Assembly (NCBI GenBank): GCA_963763775.1 | Contig: CAVXPZ010000001.1 | Coordinates: forward strand, 128,001 to 192,000 | DNA length: 64,000 bases | Origin: an uncultured Chloroflexia bacterium | GTDB taxonomy: Bacteria; Chloroflexota; Limnocylindria; Limnocylindrales; CSP1-4 | Direction: 5' to 3' | Shown: in pieces, positions 20,661 through 32,009 of the stretch | How positions within the stretch are numbered: the first letter of the stretch is position 1 | Layout: the number at the start of each line of letters is the position of its first letter | Position numbers and translations under genes: made by a program | Notes under the pieces: model-generated | What the model was told of the DNA's origin: nothing | The model's input: the letters and a program-made list of their open reading frames with translations, nothing else | Database searches by the model: none

Positions 20661-21532
20661 CCAAGGATCAGGCGGACCGGGGCCCTGTGGTCATCACGGG
20701 CACGTCCACGGGCATCGGCGCTGCGACCGCGTTGCACCTTGCGGAGAACGGCTTCCGCGTGTTCGCCGGCGTTCGTCGGGCGGCCGACGGAGCGGCACTG
20801 AAGTCGCGCACCAAGGGTGAGCTCACCGTCCTGCTGTTCGACATCACCGACGCCGCGGCGATCGCGCGCGCGGTCGAGTCGGTGACGGTCGCCGTCGGCG
20901 AGCGAGGCCTGGCCGGTCTCGTCAACAACGCCGGCATCGTCAAGCCGGGACCGCTCGAGTTCCAGTCGCTGGCCGACTTCCGGGAGCAGCTGGAGGTCAA
21001 CCTCGTCGGCCAGCTGGCCGTGACCCAGGCGTTCCTGCCGTTGATCCGGTTGGGACGTGGGCGGATCGTCAACGTCGGGTCGATCGGCGGACGCCTGGTC
21101 CTGCCCATCCACGGCGCCTACCACGCGTCCAAGTTCGGCATCGAGGCGCTCAGTGACGCCCTGCGCCTCGAGTTGCGTCAGTGGCGCATCCCCGTGTCGC
21201 TCGTGGACCCTGGTGCGACCGAGACCGCCATCTTCGGCAAGACGCTCGCGGCACTCGATTCCGTGCTGACGTCACTCGACGAGGACGACCGGCACGAGTA
21301 CGACGCGCAGCTGGCGGCGATCCGCCGAACGGTCGAGAAGACGGCCGCCGACGCGGCCCCGGCGGTCGATCTGGCGAAGGCCATCGCCGAAGCCCTGACG
21401 GCCGACAAGCCGAAGGCCCGCTACCTGGCGGGCAAGGGAGCCAAAGCGGCTGCGGCACTGGCTCGGACGCCGTCGGACCGCGTCAAGGATCTGGCAATCG
21501 CCAGGGACGTCGGGCTGCCTGACCCGGAGTAG
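20657..21532 (+). CDS. Short-chain dehydrogenase/reductase
   Basis: TGTSTGIG, NNAG and YHASK. Confidence 0.93.
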   Translation: MTKDQADRGPVVITGTSTGIGAATALHLAENGFRVFAGVRRAADGAALKSRTKGELTVLLFDITDAAAIARAVESVTVAVGERGLAGLVNNAGIVKPGPLEFQSLADFREQLEVNLVGQLAVTQAFLPLIRLGRGRIVNVGSIGGRLVLPIHGAYHASKFGIEALSDALRLELRQWRIPVSLVDPGATETAIFGKTLAALDSVLTSLDEDDRHEYDAQLAAIRRTVEKTAADAAPAVDLAKAIAEALTADKPKARYLAGKGAKAAAALARTPSDRVKDLAIARDVGLPDPE

Positions 21533-21640
21533 TCACCGAGCGCGCACTGATGTCGATCCCCACGGCGAGCGGGAGGATCTGACCGATGACCTGTTGCACG
21601 ATGGTTCTCCCTTGACGAGACCGGCGTGAACGTCCGTCGG

Positions 21641-22005
21641 CTACGTCTCACCTTCGCGCGAACTCGGTCGTTCTCCATCCCGTCGTCGACGTCGTAGCCC
21701 ATGGCCAGGGCCAGCTTGGGCGCAGCGGACATCACGAGTGCAGAACCCGCGATGCGTGCGATGACGACCAGGACGTCCGTGATCTGCTCCGGCGATGCGC
21801 CAGCGGAGATCGCGGCGGTCACCTCGCACTGGTAGGCAGGCGCGTCCGCATCCACGGCGATGAGGACGGCAAGCCGGACAAGTGCCGCAGTCCGATCGTC
21901 GAGCACATCCGACGTGCGATCGGCCGTCGAGAACAAGGTGGTCATCAGCGAGACGTCGCCGAGGGTCAGCCTCCGGTAGAGCGCGGCCTGCGACGGCGAC
22001 AGCAT
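21641..22005 (-). CDS. Carboxymuconolactone decarboxylase/AhpD-like protein (3' end uncertain)
   Basis: LDDRTAALVRLAVLIAVDA..AISAGASPEQI. Confidence 0.7.
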
Positions 22006-22077
22006 TCCGGCACTCCTGACTTGCAGATGCACGTCTGCGACGCGCCGGTCAAGTGAACGTTCGCCGGAGACGAGGCG

Positions 22078-22098
22078 CATCAGCCCGAGCGGGTGAAA
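22078..22098 (-). promoter_or_regulatory. Island operator copy 4
   Basis: TTTCACCC-GCTCG-GGCTGATG on the minus strand, upstream of the CMD gene. Confidence 0.6.
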
Positions 22099-22126
22099 TC
22101 CTGCACATCGGCCGTCCGTCGACGGC

Positions 22127-23113
22127 TCAGTCGTCGACCTCCACCCAGATCGCCTGCTCGTCGTGATGTTCCCAGTCGGCACCCGGCATCGCGATCGACC
22201 AGCGCGTCCACGTCCCGACGGGCCGAGCCGGTGCCGTCCGGACCCGGGCACGGACGACCATGCCGGGCGCCAGCTCCACCGGCGAACGCAGCGGAGCCGT
22301 GGTCATCCCCCAATGCGTCTCGGGATCGCCGGGACCGTCGGAGAGCGAGATGCCGGGCGCGAGCTCGGCGCTGAACCAGAGTGCGAGCGCGTTAGCCGTC
22401 CCGTGGTCGTGGATCGAGAGCGCCACCTCGGTTTCGAATGGCGAGCTCGCCTCGTCGAGCGGGATGTCGTGCGCGTCGGTCGTCCACAGCCGCCCCGGCG
22501 ACGAGCGAGTATCGCCCGTCGCAAGGTGGCGAAAGGTGCCCGCGTAGGAGATCTCGTTCACCGTCTTCTCGATCAGGTCCTCGAAGTCGAGGCCATACGG
22601 GTTGGTCCGCAGGAACTCGACCGTGTCTTCGAGATAGCGGTCATGCACCAGCGCGGTCCACGCCGTGACCGAGCCGGGGATCATGATCCCGCCGGGCTTG
22701 AGCCATCGGTCACGGGCCGCGATGACCGGGACGAGCATCCCTTCGTCGATCCCGAAGCCCCCGAGCCACTCGGAGACGATCACATCCACCCGCCCCGGCG
22801 GCTCGATGTCCAGGACGTCTCCCTGGATCACCTCGATGACGTCGGAGAGTCGGTTTGCCGCGACGAGCTCCTGAGCCAGGACCGCGATGGATGTCTGCTC
22901 GACCGCATAGACGCGGGCGGCACCCGCCCGGGCCGCGAACATGCTCAGGACACCGCTACCTGCTCCGACGTCGAGGACGATGTCGCCCGGGCGCACGACC
23001 GCCTCGATCGCCCGCTTGAAGGCCTCCGTGCGGACCTCGTCGCGGATCATCGTCCGATGGACCTCGAACTCCGCATACATCGGGTCCGGCGAGATCCTGA
23101 TCGGCGTCCGCAT
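22127..23113 (-). CDS. Protein arginine N-methyltransferase-like (PRMT1-type) SAM-dependent methyltransferase
   Basis: H..M..DEVRT, VLDVGAGSG, double-E loop SEWLG..DEGM, ARDRWLKPGG and THW loop; TATAGT -10 six nt before ATG (leaderless). Confidence 0.85.
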   Translation of the reverse strand: MRTPIRISPDPMYAEFEVHRTMIRDEVRTEAFKRAIEAVVRPGDIVLDVGAGSGVLSMFAARAGAARVYAVEQTSIAVLAQELVAANRLSDVIEVIQGDVLDIEPPGRVDVIVSEWLGGFGIDEGMLVPVIAARDRWLKPGGIMIPGSVTAWTALVHDRYLEDTVEFLRTNPYGLDFEDLIEKTVNEISYAGTFRHLATGDTRSSPGRLWTTDAHDIPLDEASSPFETEVALSIHDHGTANALALWFSAELAPGISLSDGPGDPETHWGMTTAPLRSPVELAPGMVVRARVRTAPARPVGTWTRWSIAMPGADWEHHDEQAIWVEVDD

Positions 23114-23191
23114 CTGACGACTATAGGGAGTACGCCGGCGCCGCACGCCCTCGGACGGCACGGTCGCCGTCATCGACCGGCACCCACCGAG

Positions 23192-23212
23192 TTTCAGCCC
23201 TTCGGGGTGATG
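23192..23212 (+). promoter_or_regulatory. Island operator copy 5
   Basis: TTTCAGCC-CTTCG-GGGTGATG; GATGAT at 23233. Confidence 0.6.
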
Positions 23213-23269
23213 CCGGGCCTCTGGAAGGCCGGGATGATCACCGAAAGCCCACAGGCTAAGGAGATCTCC

Positions 23270-23564
23270 ATGGGAATGAGACGACGAACACGACGCCGTG
23301 CGCTCGTGGCCGGAGCAGCGGTCGCGCACCATCGCAGCAACATGGCTGCGGAGCAGCAGCAGGCCGGCTATGACCAGGGAGCGTCCGACGCCCAGCAAGC
23401 GGCTCCCGCGCCGCAGTATCAAGCGCCCGCGGCGCCAGTCGCTCGCCGCGCCCCCCCCGCCGGACCCCTACGACCAGATCGAGCATCTCGCCCAGCTCCA
23501 TGCCTCGGGTGCCTTGACCGACCAGGAGTTCGCGGCCGAGAAGGCGAAGGTCCTCGGGTCGTGA
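23270..23564 (+). CDS. SHOCT-domain protein with Arg-rich N-terminus (frameshift near the C run at about 23450)
   Basis: TAAGGAG RBS; MGMRRRTRRRA; LAQLHASGALTDQEFAAEKAKVL. Confidence 0.8.
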
Positions 23565-23624
23565 GCGCGACATGTGACGCCAGCGACTTCGGCCCGATCT
23601 TCACGATGGGAGCGGAGGCCCACA

Positions 23625-24041
23625 ATGACTAGATCGCGCAAGGACACCCTCGCCAGGGCGCTCGAGGCGGAGGTCGGTGGCGAGACGGTTGATCCCGCGA
23701 CGCTGTTCACCGACGATGTCGTCGGCTGGTCGCCGTACGCGTCTGTCTCCGGATTGAAGGCGCTCAGTGCGTTGGAGGTCATCCACCAGCTCGCGTTCTC
23801 CAACGTGGTGATCCTGTTCCGGGGACTCGATGAAGTCGGCAACAAGGCGTTCGCCGAATGGGTCATCGAAGCCGATCACACCGGACCACTCGTCCTCGGC
23901 GAGGACGCCGTCGTGGAGGCGACGGGGCGGCACATCCAGCTGGCGGGCGCCACCGTGGCCGACTTCCGCGACGGCAAGATCCGGTCGTTCCGGACGTACT
24001 TCGACGACATCTCGCTCATCGAGCAGGTCGTCGGCGCCTGA
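23625..24041 (+). CDS. SnoaL/NTF2-like protein
   Basis: AEW....HTGP and FRDGKIRSFRTYFD. Confidence 0.8.
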   Translation: MTRSRKDTLARALEAEVGGETVDPATLFTDDVVGWSPYASVSGLKALSALEVIHQLAFSNVVILFRGLDEVGNKAFAEWVIEADHTGPLVLGEDAVVEATGRHIQLAGATVADFRDGKIRSFRTYFDDISLIEQVVGA

Positions 24042-24055
24042 CCACGACGCAAGCG

Positions 24056-24478
24056 ATGGAATTCCACGTCGAGCGCGACCCTGATCCGCTCGACGTGGGG
24101 TTCCTTGAGATGCAGATCCGCCGTGAGGCCAGTCTCGCCATGCGCCTCGGCGACGAGGTCGAACTGGCGATCTTCGTGCGAGTCGGCGACAGGATCGTCG
24201 CCGGCATCAGCGGCTGGACCTGGGGCGATTGCTGCGAGTTGTCGAGCCTCTGGGTCGACTCGAGTCTGAAAGGTCGATGGCTCGCGCCCAGGCTGATCGC
24301 TGCCGCCGAAGCCGAAGCGGTCGCTCGCGGATGTACGCAGACCATCCACTTCTCGTACGGGTTCCAGGCTCGGCGCCTCTACGAACGGGCCGGATACGAA
24401 GTCGTCGGGCGCGTCGAGGACTTTCCGGCAGGGACGGACGCCTTCTGGTTTCGCAAGCGTCTTCGCCACGGCCCATGA
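24056..24478 (+). CDS. GNAT N-acetyltransferase
   Basis: LWVD...GR..L...AE.EA..RGC and FQARRLYERAGY. Confidence 0.85.
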   Translation: MEFHVERDPDPLDVGFLEMQIRREASLAMRLGDEVELAIFVRVGDRIVAGISGWTWGDCCELSSLWVDSSLKGRWLAPRLIAAAEAEAVARGCTQTIHFSYGFQARRLYERAGYEVVGRVEDFPAGTDAFWFRKRLRHGP

Positions 24479-24572
24479 AACGGACCGCCTGGCTTCATCG
24501 GCAGATCGCGTAGCCTCGCCGACGCCAGGACGGCCACGAGGGGTCGTCAGCGGGTCGGCGCCGTGTCTATGC

Positions 24573-26885
24573 TTGGGCGATGGCGACACGGATCGGGGGG
24601 GAGGACGATCGAGCGGCCGCGAACGCCACTGGCGCGAGCGCCGGCCCTCAGCTCCAAGTTCGCGCTTGCCGGCCGCGCCGGCGGCGGTGATGCCCCGCCC
24701 CAGGCTCACCGACCTCCTCGTGGCGGCCGATGGCCCCGCCGTCGTGTCGATCGTGGCCCCAGCCGGCTATGGCAAGACCACGCTGCTCCGCCAGTGGGCC
24801 GACCACCTGTCGAACGTCGGGTATGTCGCCCTCGACGTCAGCGACAACGACCCCGTCGTGCTGATCTCGGCGATCGCGACCGCCCTCGATCGAGTGGAGC
24901 CGCTCGATCCGGCCTTGCTGCGGCTGCTCGGGTCGCCCGGGCGATCCCTCGAATTGACGCTCCTACCGGGACTCGTGGAAGCGATCTGGGCACGGCACAC
25001 GCCCACGGTGTTGATGCTCGATGACGCGCATCAGCTCGACCAGGCTGTGGCACTCGACGTCGTGGCCTTCCTCATGCTCCGCTTGCCCACGACCCTGCGA
25101 CTGGTATTCACCGCGCGTCGGATGCTGCCACTCCCCTACGCACGCCTCCGCCCTACCGGTCACTTGCTGGAGCTGGGTCCACGCGAACTGGCATTGGACG
25201 AGGCGGACGCGCAGGCGCTGGCGACCGCGATCGGTGTCCGGGTCCCGCCAAGCCAGCTCGCCGGCCTTCTGGCGAGGACCGAGGGATGGCCGGCGGCCAC
25301 CTATCTTGGTCTCCGCCTGGCGGGATCTGCCCGCTCACAGGACAACGGGGCCGATGGACTGACGGGGACGGAGGCGTCCATCGCGGACTACATGCAGTCG
25401 GAACTGCTCGAGCCGCTGGACGCCGGAACGCGGACGTGGTTGCGCCGAACATCGGTGCTGGACGCCATGAGCGGACCGCTCTGCGACGCCACACTCGGCA
25501 CGACAGGTTCGATGACGGTGCTGCGGCGCCTGGAGCGAGACAACCTCTTCGTGGTGGCGCTCGATGCGAATTGCGGTTCGTACCGCTACCACCGGCTCTT
25601 CCGCGACCTCCTCCGCGACGAGCTCGACGAGCATGAATCTGGCGCGGCCGTCGAGCTGTGTACGCGCGCGGCCGCCTGGTGCGCCGAACACGGGGAGCGG
25701 GAGCGCGCGGTCGAATACGCCCTCGCCTCTGGTGACATGGACCTCGTCGCGCGGTTCGTTCTCGCGTACACCTTCCCCCTGCACTGGTCGGGCCGCATCG
25801 CGACCGTCGGACGGTGGCTCGACTTGTTCGACCGCGACGGAGAGCGGGAGCGCCGCGCCGCCCTGGCAGTGTTCGCGGGCTGGGTCCACGCGATGGAAGG
25901 ACGGACGCGAGAGGCGAGACGGTGGCTCACGAGCGCGGAGCTCTCGGCCGATGTCAGCCCGATGCCGGACGGAGCAACCAAGGCGTCGTGGGTCGCGGTG
26001 CTCCGCGGGTACATGGCCCCGGATGGACTGGACACGCTCGCGTCGGATGCGCGCACCGCGCTCGCCGGGATCCCGGACGAGAGCCCATTTCGTCAGGGTG
26101 CATTGATCCTCGGGGGGTTCGCCGCGATCGCCGCTCGCACACCGCTGGCAGCCGACGTGCTGTTCGCCGAGGCTGTCGCGGTGGCCGAGGCCCGGCGTGC
26201 GATCCCTGGCATCTCACTCGCGCTCGGCGAGCGTGCGCTCCTCGCGCTCGGCCGTGGCGATGTCGCGGCCGCGACCAGGCATGTCGAGTCGGGCCTCGCG
26301 GTCGTTCATGAGGCGGGGATGGACGAGTTCGTCGCGAGCATGACCCTCCATGCCGCCGCGGCCAGGGTCGCGCTGGCGAACGGCTCCCCGTCGGAGGCAC
26401 GCCTGGCGATCGCCCGTGTGAACCGGATGCGACCGATCGCGACCGCTGCCCTCCCGATTCCCGCCCTGCAGATGCGCTTCGAGACGATCCGTGCCTGCAT
26501 CGTGCTCAACGAGGCCTCGGCGGCGAGGACGCTGCTGCTGGAGGTCAGGGACATCCTTCGCCAGTGCCCGGATCTGGGAGCGTTGGTCGACGAGGCCGTC
26601 GAGTTGGAGCGAGCGGTGGGATCCCTTCGCGCGACGTCTGCCGGGCCGTGGGCCTTGACGACGGCGGAGCTGCGGTTGCTCGCCTACCTGCCGACGCATC
26701 TCACATTCCGCGAGATCGCCGCCCGGCTCTTCGTCTCGACGCACACCGTCAAGACCCAGGCCATGGCGATCTACGGCAAGCTGGGCGTGTCGTCGCGCCG
26801 TGGCGCTATCGAGCAGGCCGTCCAGGCCGGCCTTCTGGATGCGGCCGTCATCAGGATGCCCGGGATCCCGGAAGGGATCGGCTGA
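24573..26885 (+). CDS. MalT-like ATP-dependent LuxR-family transcriptional regulator
   Basis: APAGYGKTT, LMLDDAH, RTEGWPA, YRYHRLF and C-terminal LuxR HTH. Confidence 0.93.
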   Translation: MGDGDTDRGGGRSSGRERHWRERRPSAPSSRLPAAPAAVMPRPRLTDLLVAADGPAVVSIVAPAGYGKTTLLRQWADHLSNVGYVALDVSDNDPVVLISAIATALDRVEPLDPALLRLLGSPGRSLELTLLPGLVEAIWARHTPTVLMLDDAHQLDQAVALDVVAFLMLRLPTTLRLVFTARRMLPLPYARLRPTGHLLELGPRELALDEADAQALATAIGVRVPPSQLAGLLARTEGWPAATYLGLRLAGSARSQDNGADGLTGTEASIADYMQSELLEPLDAGTRTWLRRTSVLDAMSGPLCDATLGTTGSMTVLRRLERDNLFVVALDANCGSYRYHRLFRDLLRDELDEHESGAAVELCTRAAAWCAEHGERERAVEYALASGDMDLVARFVLAYTFPLHWSGRIATVGRWLDLFDRDGERERRAALAVFAGWVHAMEGRTREARRWLTSAELSADVSPMPDGATKASWVAVLRGYMAPDGLDTLASDARTALAGIPDESPFRQGALILGGFAAIAARTPLAADVLFAEAVAVAEARRAIPGISLALGERALLALGRGDVAAATRHVESGLAVVHEAGMDEFVASMTLHAAAARVALANGSPSEARLAIARVNRMRPIATAALPIPALQMRFETIRACIVLNEASAARTLLLEVRDILRQCPDLGALVDEAVELERAVGSLRATSAGPWALTTAELRLLAYLPTHLTFREIAARLFVSTHTVKTQAMAIYGKLGVSSRRGAIEQAVQAGLLDAAVIRMPGIPEGIG

Positions 26886-26931
26886 GCGTCCAGCGCTCAT
26901 GCAGATACACCCAGGGAGTATTGACAAGGTC

Positions 26932-26960
26932 TTGACAAACGGGCCATCGAGGCGCATCAT
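26932..26960 (+). promoter_or_regulatory. Sigma70 promoter of dnaG-rpoD
   Basis: TTGACA(26932)-N17-CATCAT(26955). Confidence 0.6.
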
Positions 26961-26971
26961 CCCCATCGATA

Positions 26972-26996
26972 GGGCTTGTCAAGACTTGACAGGCCC
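26972..26996. promoter_or_regulatory. 25-bp inverted repeat GGGCTTGTCAAGACTTGACAGGCCC
   Basis: Near-perfect palindrome just downstream of the predicted transcription start. Confidence 0.55.
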
Positions 26997-27049
26997 ACAG
27001 TCATGTCCGGGTCCTTGGCGGGAAGCCGGGCGAGCGCAGGAGGCGCCAT

Positions 27050-28964
27050 TTGGCGGTCGGCGTCGCAGCCGAAGTCAAGAGCAAGCTGTCGGTCGTCGAG
27101 GTCGTCGGCGAGACCGTGTCGCTCAAGAAGGCGGGCACCAGCTACAAGGGCCTGTGCCCGTTCCACGGTGAGAAGACACCGTCGTTCGTGGTCACCCCGG
27201 CCCGGGAGTCCTGGCACTGCTTCGGCTGTGGGCTGGGCGGGGACATCTTCAGTTTCGTCATGCAGCGCGACGGCGTCGCGTTCCCGGAGGCCCTCCGGAC
27301 GCTGGCGCAGCGGGCCGGCGTCGAGATCGACGAGCGCACCAAGCGCGAGGACGCGCACAAGGCCCGGCTCCGCCAGGTCCTCGACCACGCCATCGCCTTC
27401 TACCACGCGGTCCTGACCGGCTCGAAGACCGGCGGCGCATGCCCTGACCTATCTGCACGAGCGCGGGTTCACCGACGAGACCATCGAGACCCACCAGCTC
27501 GGCTGGGCGCCCGGCGGCTGGGACACGATGACCCGGATGCTCGCGAACAAGCGCGACGTCCGGCCCGAGGAGCTCGTCGAGGTGGGGCTCGCATCGCCGC
27601 GGACCAACGGCCGTGGCGGTGTCTACGACAAGTTCCGCGCGCGCGTCCTGTTCCCGATCCGGGACCAGAACGGCAACGCGGTCGGGCTCGGCGGGCGGCT
27701 CCTGGAGGGCGAGGGTCCCAAGTACCTCAACACGGCCGCGACCGTGCTCTTCGACAAGAGCCGGACGCTCTATCTCATCGACAAGGCCAAAGGCCCGATC
27801 CGCCGCTCGAAGCAGGCGGTCATCGTCGAGGGCTACACCGACGCCCTGATGGCGCACCAGGCCGGCTTCGACAACGTCGTCGCGAGCCTCGGGACCGCGC
27901 TCACGCCCGGCCAGGTGGCGCTCCTGACGCGTTACGCCGAACGGATCGTCCTCGCGTACGACGTCGACTCGGCGGGGGAGAAGGCCGGCACGCTCGGCGT
28001 CACCGCGCTGGCCGGGCTGATCGGGCAGCTCCAGGCCGACGACTCGGGCGTGAAGCTCGAGGACGTGCGGGTCGCCCGGCTGCCCGACGGCAAGGATCCC
28101 GACGAGGTCGTCCGCGAGTCGCCGGACGCCTGGTCGGCCGCGATCGCGGCCGCCAAGCCACTCGTGGAGTACCTCATCGGTCACCACGCGGCGCGGTTCG
28201 ACCTCAAGACCTCGTCCGGGCGCATCGGCTTCGTGGAGGCGGTGATGCCGTCGATCCGCGACATCGCGGACCCGCTCCGTCGCGACGAGGCGCTCCAGGA
28301 GGTCCGCCAGGTCTCTGGCGTGGAGGAACGCGTGCTCCGACAGGTGCTGGAACGCCGGCTGGCCGCGGCGGGACCCGGCCGCGCCGGCGACTCGCAGGGC
28401 CGGATCACGGCGGACTCGGTGCTCGCCTCGCCCGACGCGCTCCCGATCCACGACATCCTGCGCGCGATCACGCCGGTCGAGTCCGAGCTCCTGCGCTTGC
28501 TGCTCCTGGTCCCCGACCTGCAACTGCGGGTCGTGGACGAGCTGGGGCCGGACCAGCTGCCGTCGACGGTGGCCCGCGAGCTGTTCCGGGCGATCGTGCT
28601 CCAGCGGGCGCCGGACGACCACGGCGTCCACCCGCCGTTCGACGGGGCGGCGCTGCTGCTCGCCCTCGACGACGAAACGGCGGCGCTCGCTCGAGCGTTG
28701 TATGCGAAGGCGGGGCCGGATCCCCGCACGCTCGATGCGCATCAACTCGAGTACGAGGTCTCCCGGCTGCTCCTGGAGCTGGAGGACGACCAGCTGCGCG
28801 AGCGCAGCGACTACAACGAGGCCGCCCAGGGGGAGGCCGAACGGGCCGGCGACGCCGAGGCGATCGACCGACTGATGAACGAACGACGACAGATCAACGA
28901 AGCGCGCCGGTCGCTCGACCGACGTCGAGACCAGACCCGGCTGCTGACCAGCCCTCGGAGGTGA
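27050..28964 (+). CDS. dnaG: DNA primase (frameshift near 27435)
   Basis: CPFHGEKTPSF zinc finger, PKYLN and TOPRIM VEGYTD/YDVDSAG/KDPD. Confidence 0.95.
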
Positions 28965-28967
28965 CCC

Positions 28968-30704
<1,737 letters not shown>

Positions 30705-30777
30705 TCCCGGCGAGGGCTGAGGGCGCGGCCCGGGGAAGGGCCGGGACCTTCGAGTCCTTGCCTCGTCCATCAGCGAC

Positions 30778-31563
30778 GTGTTCGCTTCGGACATGCGCTG
30801 GACTCGGGTCGCACTGACGGCGGTCGCCGGCCTCGTCCTGGGGGTCGGCATCTACTCGGTCGTGGGCGCCGCGACCCAGCCGCGCCGCACGACGGCCGTC
30901 TACGACCCGCCCGTCGTCGCCGGGCAGCAGCTCTGGGGCTACTGCGCGGGCGGGTTCTACGCTCGGCATGGGCAGACGATCGTGTTGACGTCGACCGGTC
31001 ACTGCACCACCGAGGGCACGGTCGCCAACGATCCCGACGGTGTCGGCGTTCGCGGGGTCTTCGGTCCTCGTGCGCAAGATGCCACGTGCCCGTACCCGGG
31101 CCACAAGTGCGCGGCGTCGGACCTCAACTACCTCGTCGTCGCGTCGGACCGCATCCCGTGGGGGCATCTCAACGTGGTCGACCTCGGGACGGCCGGATAC
31201 CGGATCATCCCGCCCGGGACGCGGCCGCTCGGCTGCGCGGACGTCGCGATCGGCGACCCGGTGGAGATCGACGGTCGCGATACCTACCGCAGGGGCACGG
31301 TCCTCGAGAAGGGTGACTACCTTCACGCCGAGGACGGCGACTACTTCCCATGCATGATCGCCGCCGGTGTCCAGGTCGCGCCCGGCGACTCGGGCGGTGC
31401 GGTCCTCGTTCGCGGCATCCCGGCGGGCGTGACGAGTCGCAGCTTCGGCGGCAATCTCGGGTTCACGCCGTTGGCCGAAGGGCTCGCAGAGCTCGGTCTC
31501 GAGCTCTGCACGACCCCCGACTGCGGCCTCGAGCCGCCGACGGCCGGAGACCCGCCCGCATGA
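30778..31563 (+). CDS. Secreted chymotrypsin-like (S1) serine protease
   Basis: Signal/TM segment, STGHC and GDSGG. Confidence 0.75.
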   Translation: MFASDMRWTRVALTAVAGLVLGVGIYSVVGAATQPRRTTAVYDPPVVAGQQLWGYCAGGFYARHGQTIVLTSTGHCTTEGTVANDPDGVGVRGVFGPRAQDATCPYPGHKCAASDLNYLVVASDRIPWGHLNVVDLGTAGYRIIPPGTRPLGCADVAIGDPVEIDGRDTYRRGTVLEKGDYLHAEDGDYFPCMIAAGVQVAPGDSGGAVLVRGIPAGVTSRSFGGNLGFTPLAEGLAELGLELCTTPDCGLEPPTAGDPPA

Positions 31564-31736
31564 CCGACTTCGGTCCGCGGCATGCGCAGGTGCACGCCTT
31601 CATCAATTCTCTGGCCGGACTCGATGACGACGGGCTGTGGCAGCTCGAGCAATCGGTGCGCCAGCCGGTCCGGTCCTACCCCCTCGTCGACACGCGAGCA
31701 CTCGCGGAGGCCTCAGGACGCTTGCTGGCGGGATGA
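31560..31736 (+). CDS. Small hypothetical protein (58 aa)
   Basis: ATGA overlap with the protease stop; GGAGA upstream. Confidence 0.4.
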   Translation: MTDFGPRHAQVHAFINSLAGLDDDGLWQLEQSVRQPVRSYPLVDTRALAEASGRLLAG

Positions 31737-32009
31737 CGACCTGGGACGGGAGCGAGCCGCCGGCGCCGGGGTCGTCTGGTGACTACGCGAGAAGGACGGT
31801 CCCGTGGCCTGCCAGACACCCGGCCGAGGATTCGCGTCGGCGCACGTCCATGCCCGGTGACGGCCCCGACCGCGGATGACCTGCAGGGTCAGTCATGCGT
31901 GTCCGCGGCGCCACTCCCCCGGTTCCCGAAAGCACCGTATTCGGGCGCGCGTCGTTGAGGCGGCGGTAGCCCAGAGGTACTATCGCGGACCTCCAAGGGG
32001 GTAGGACTT

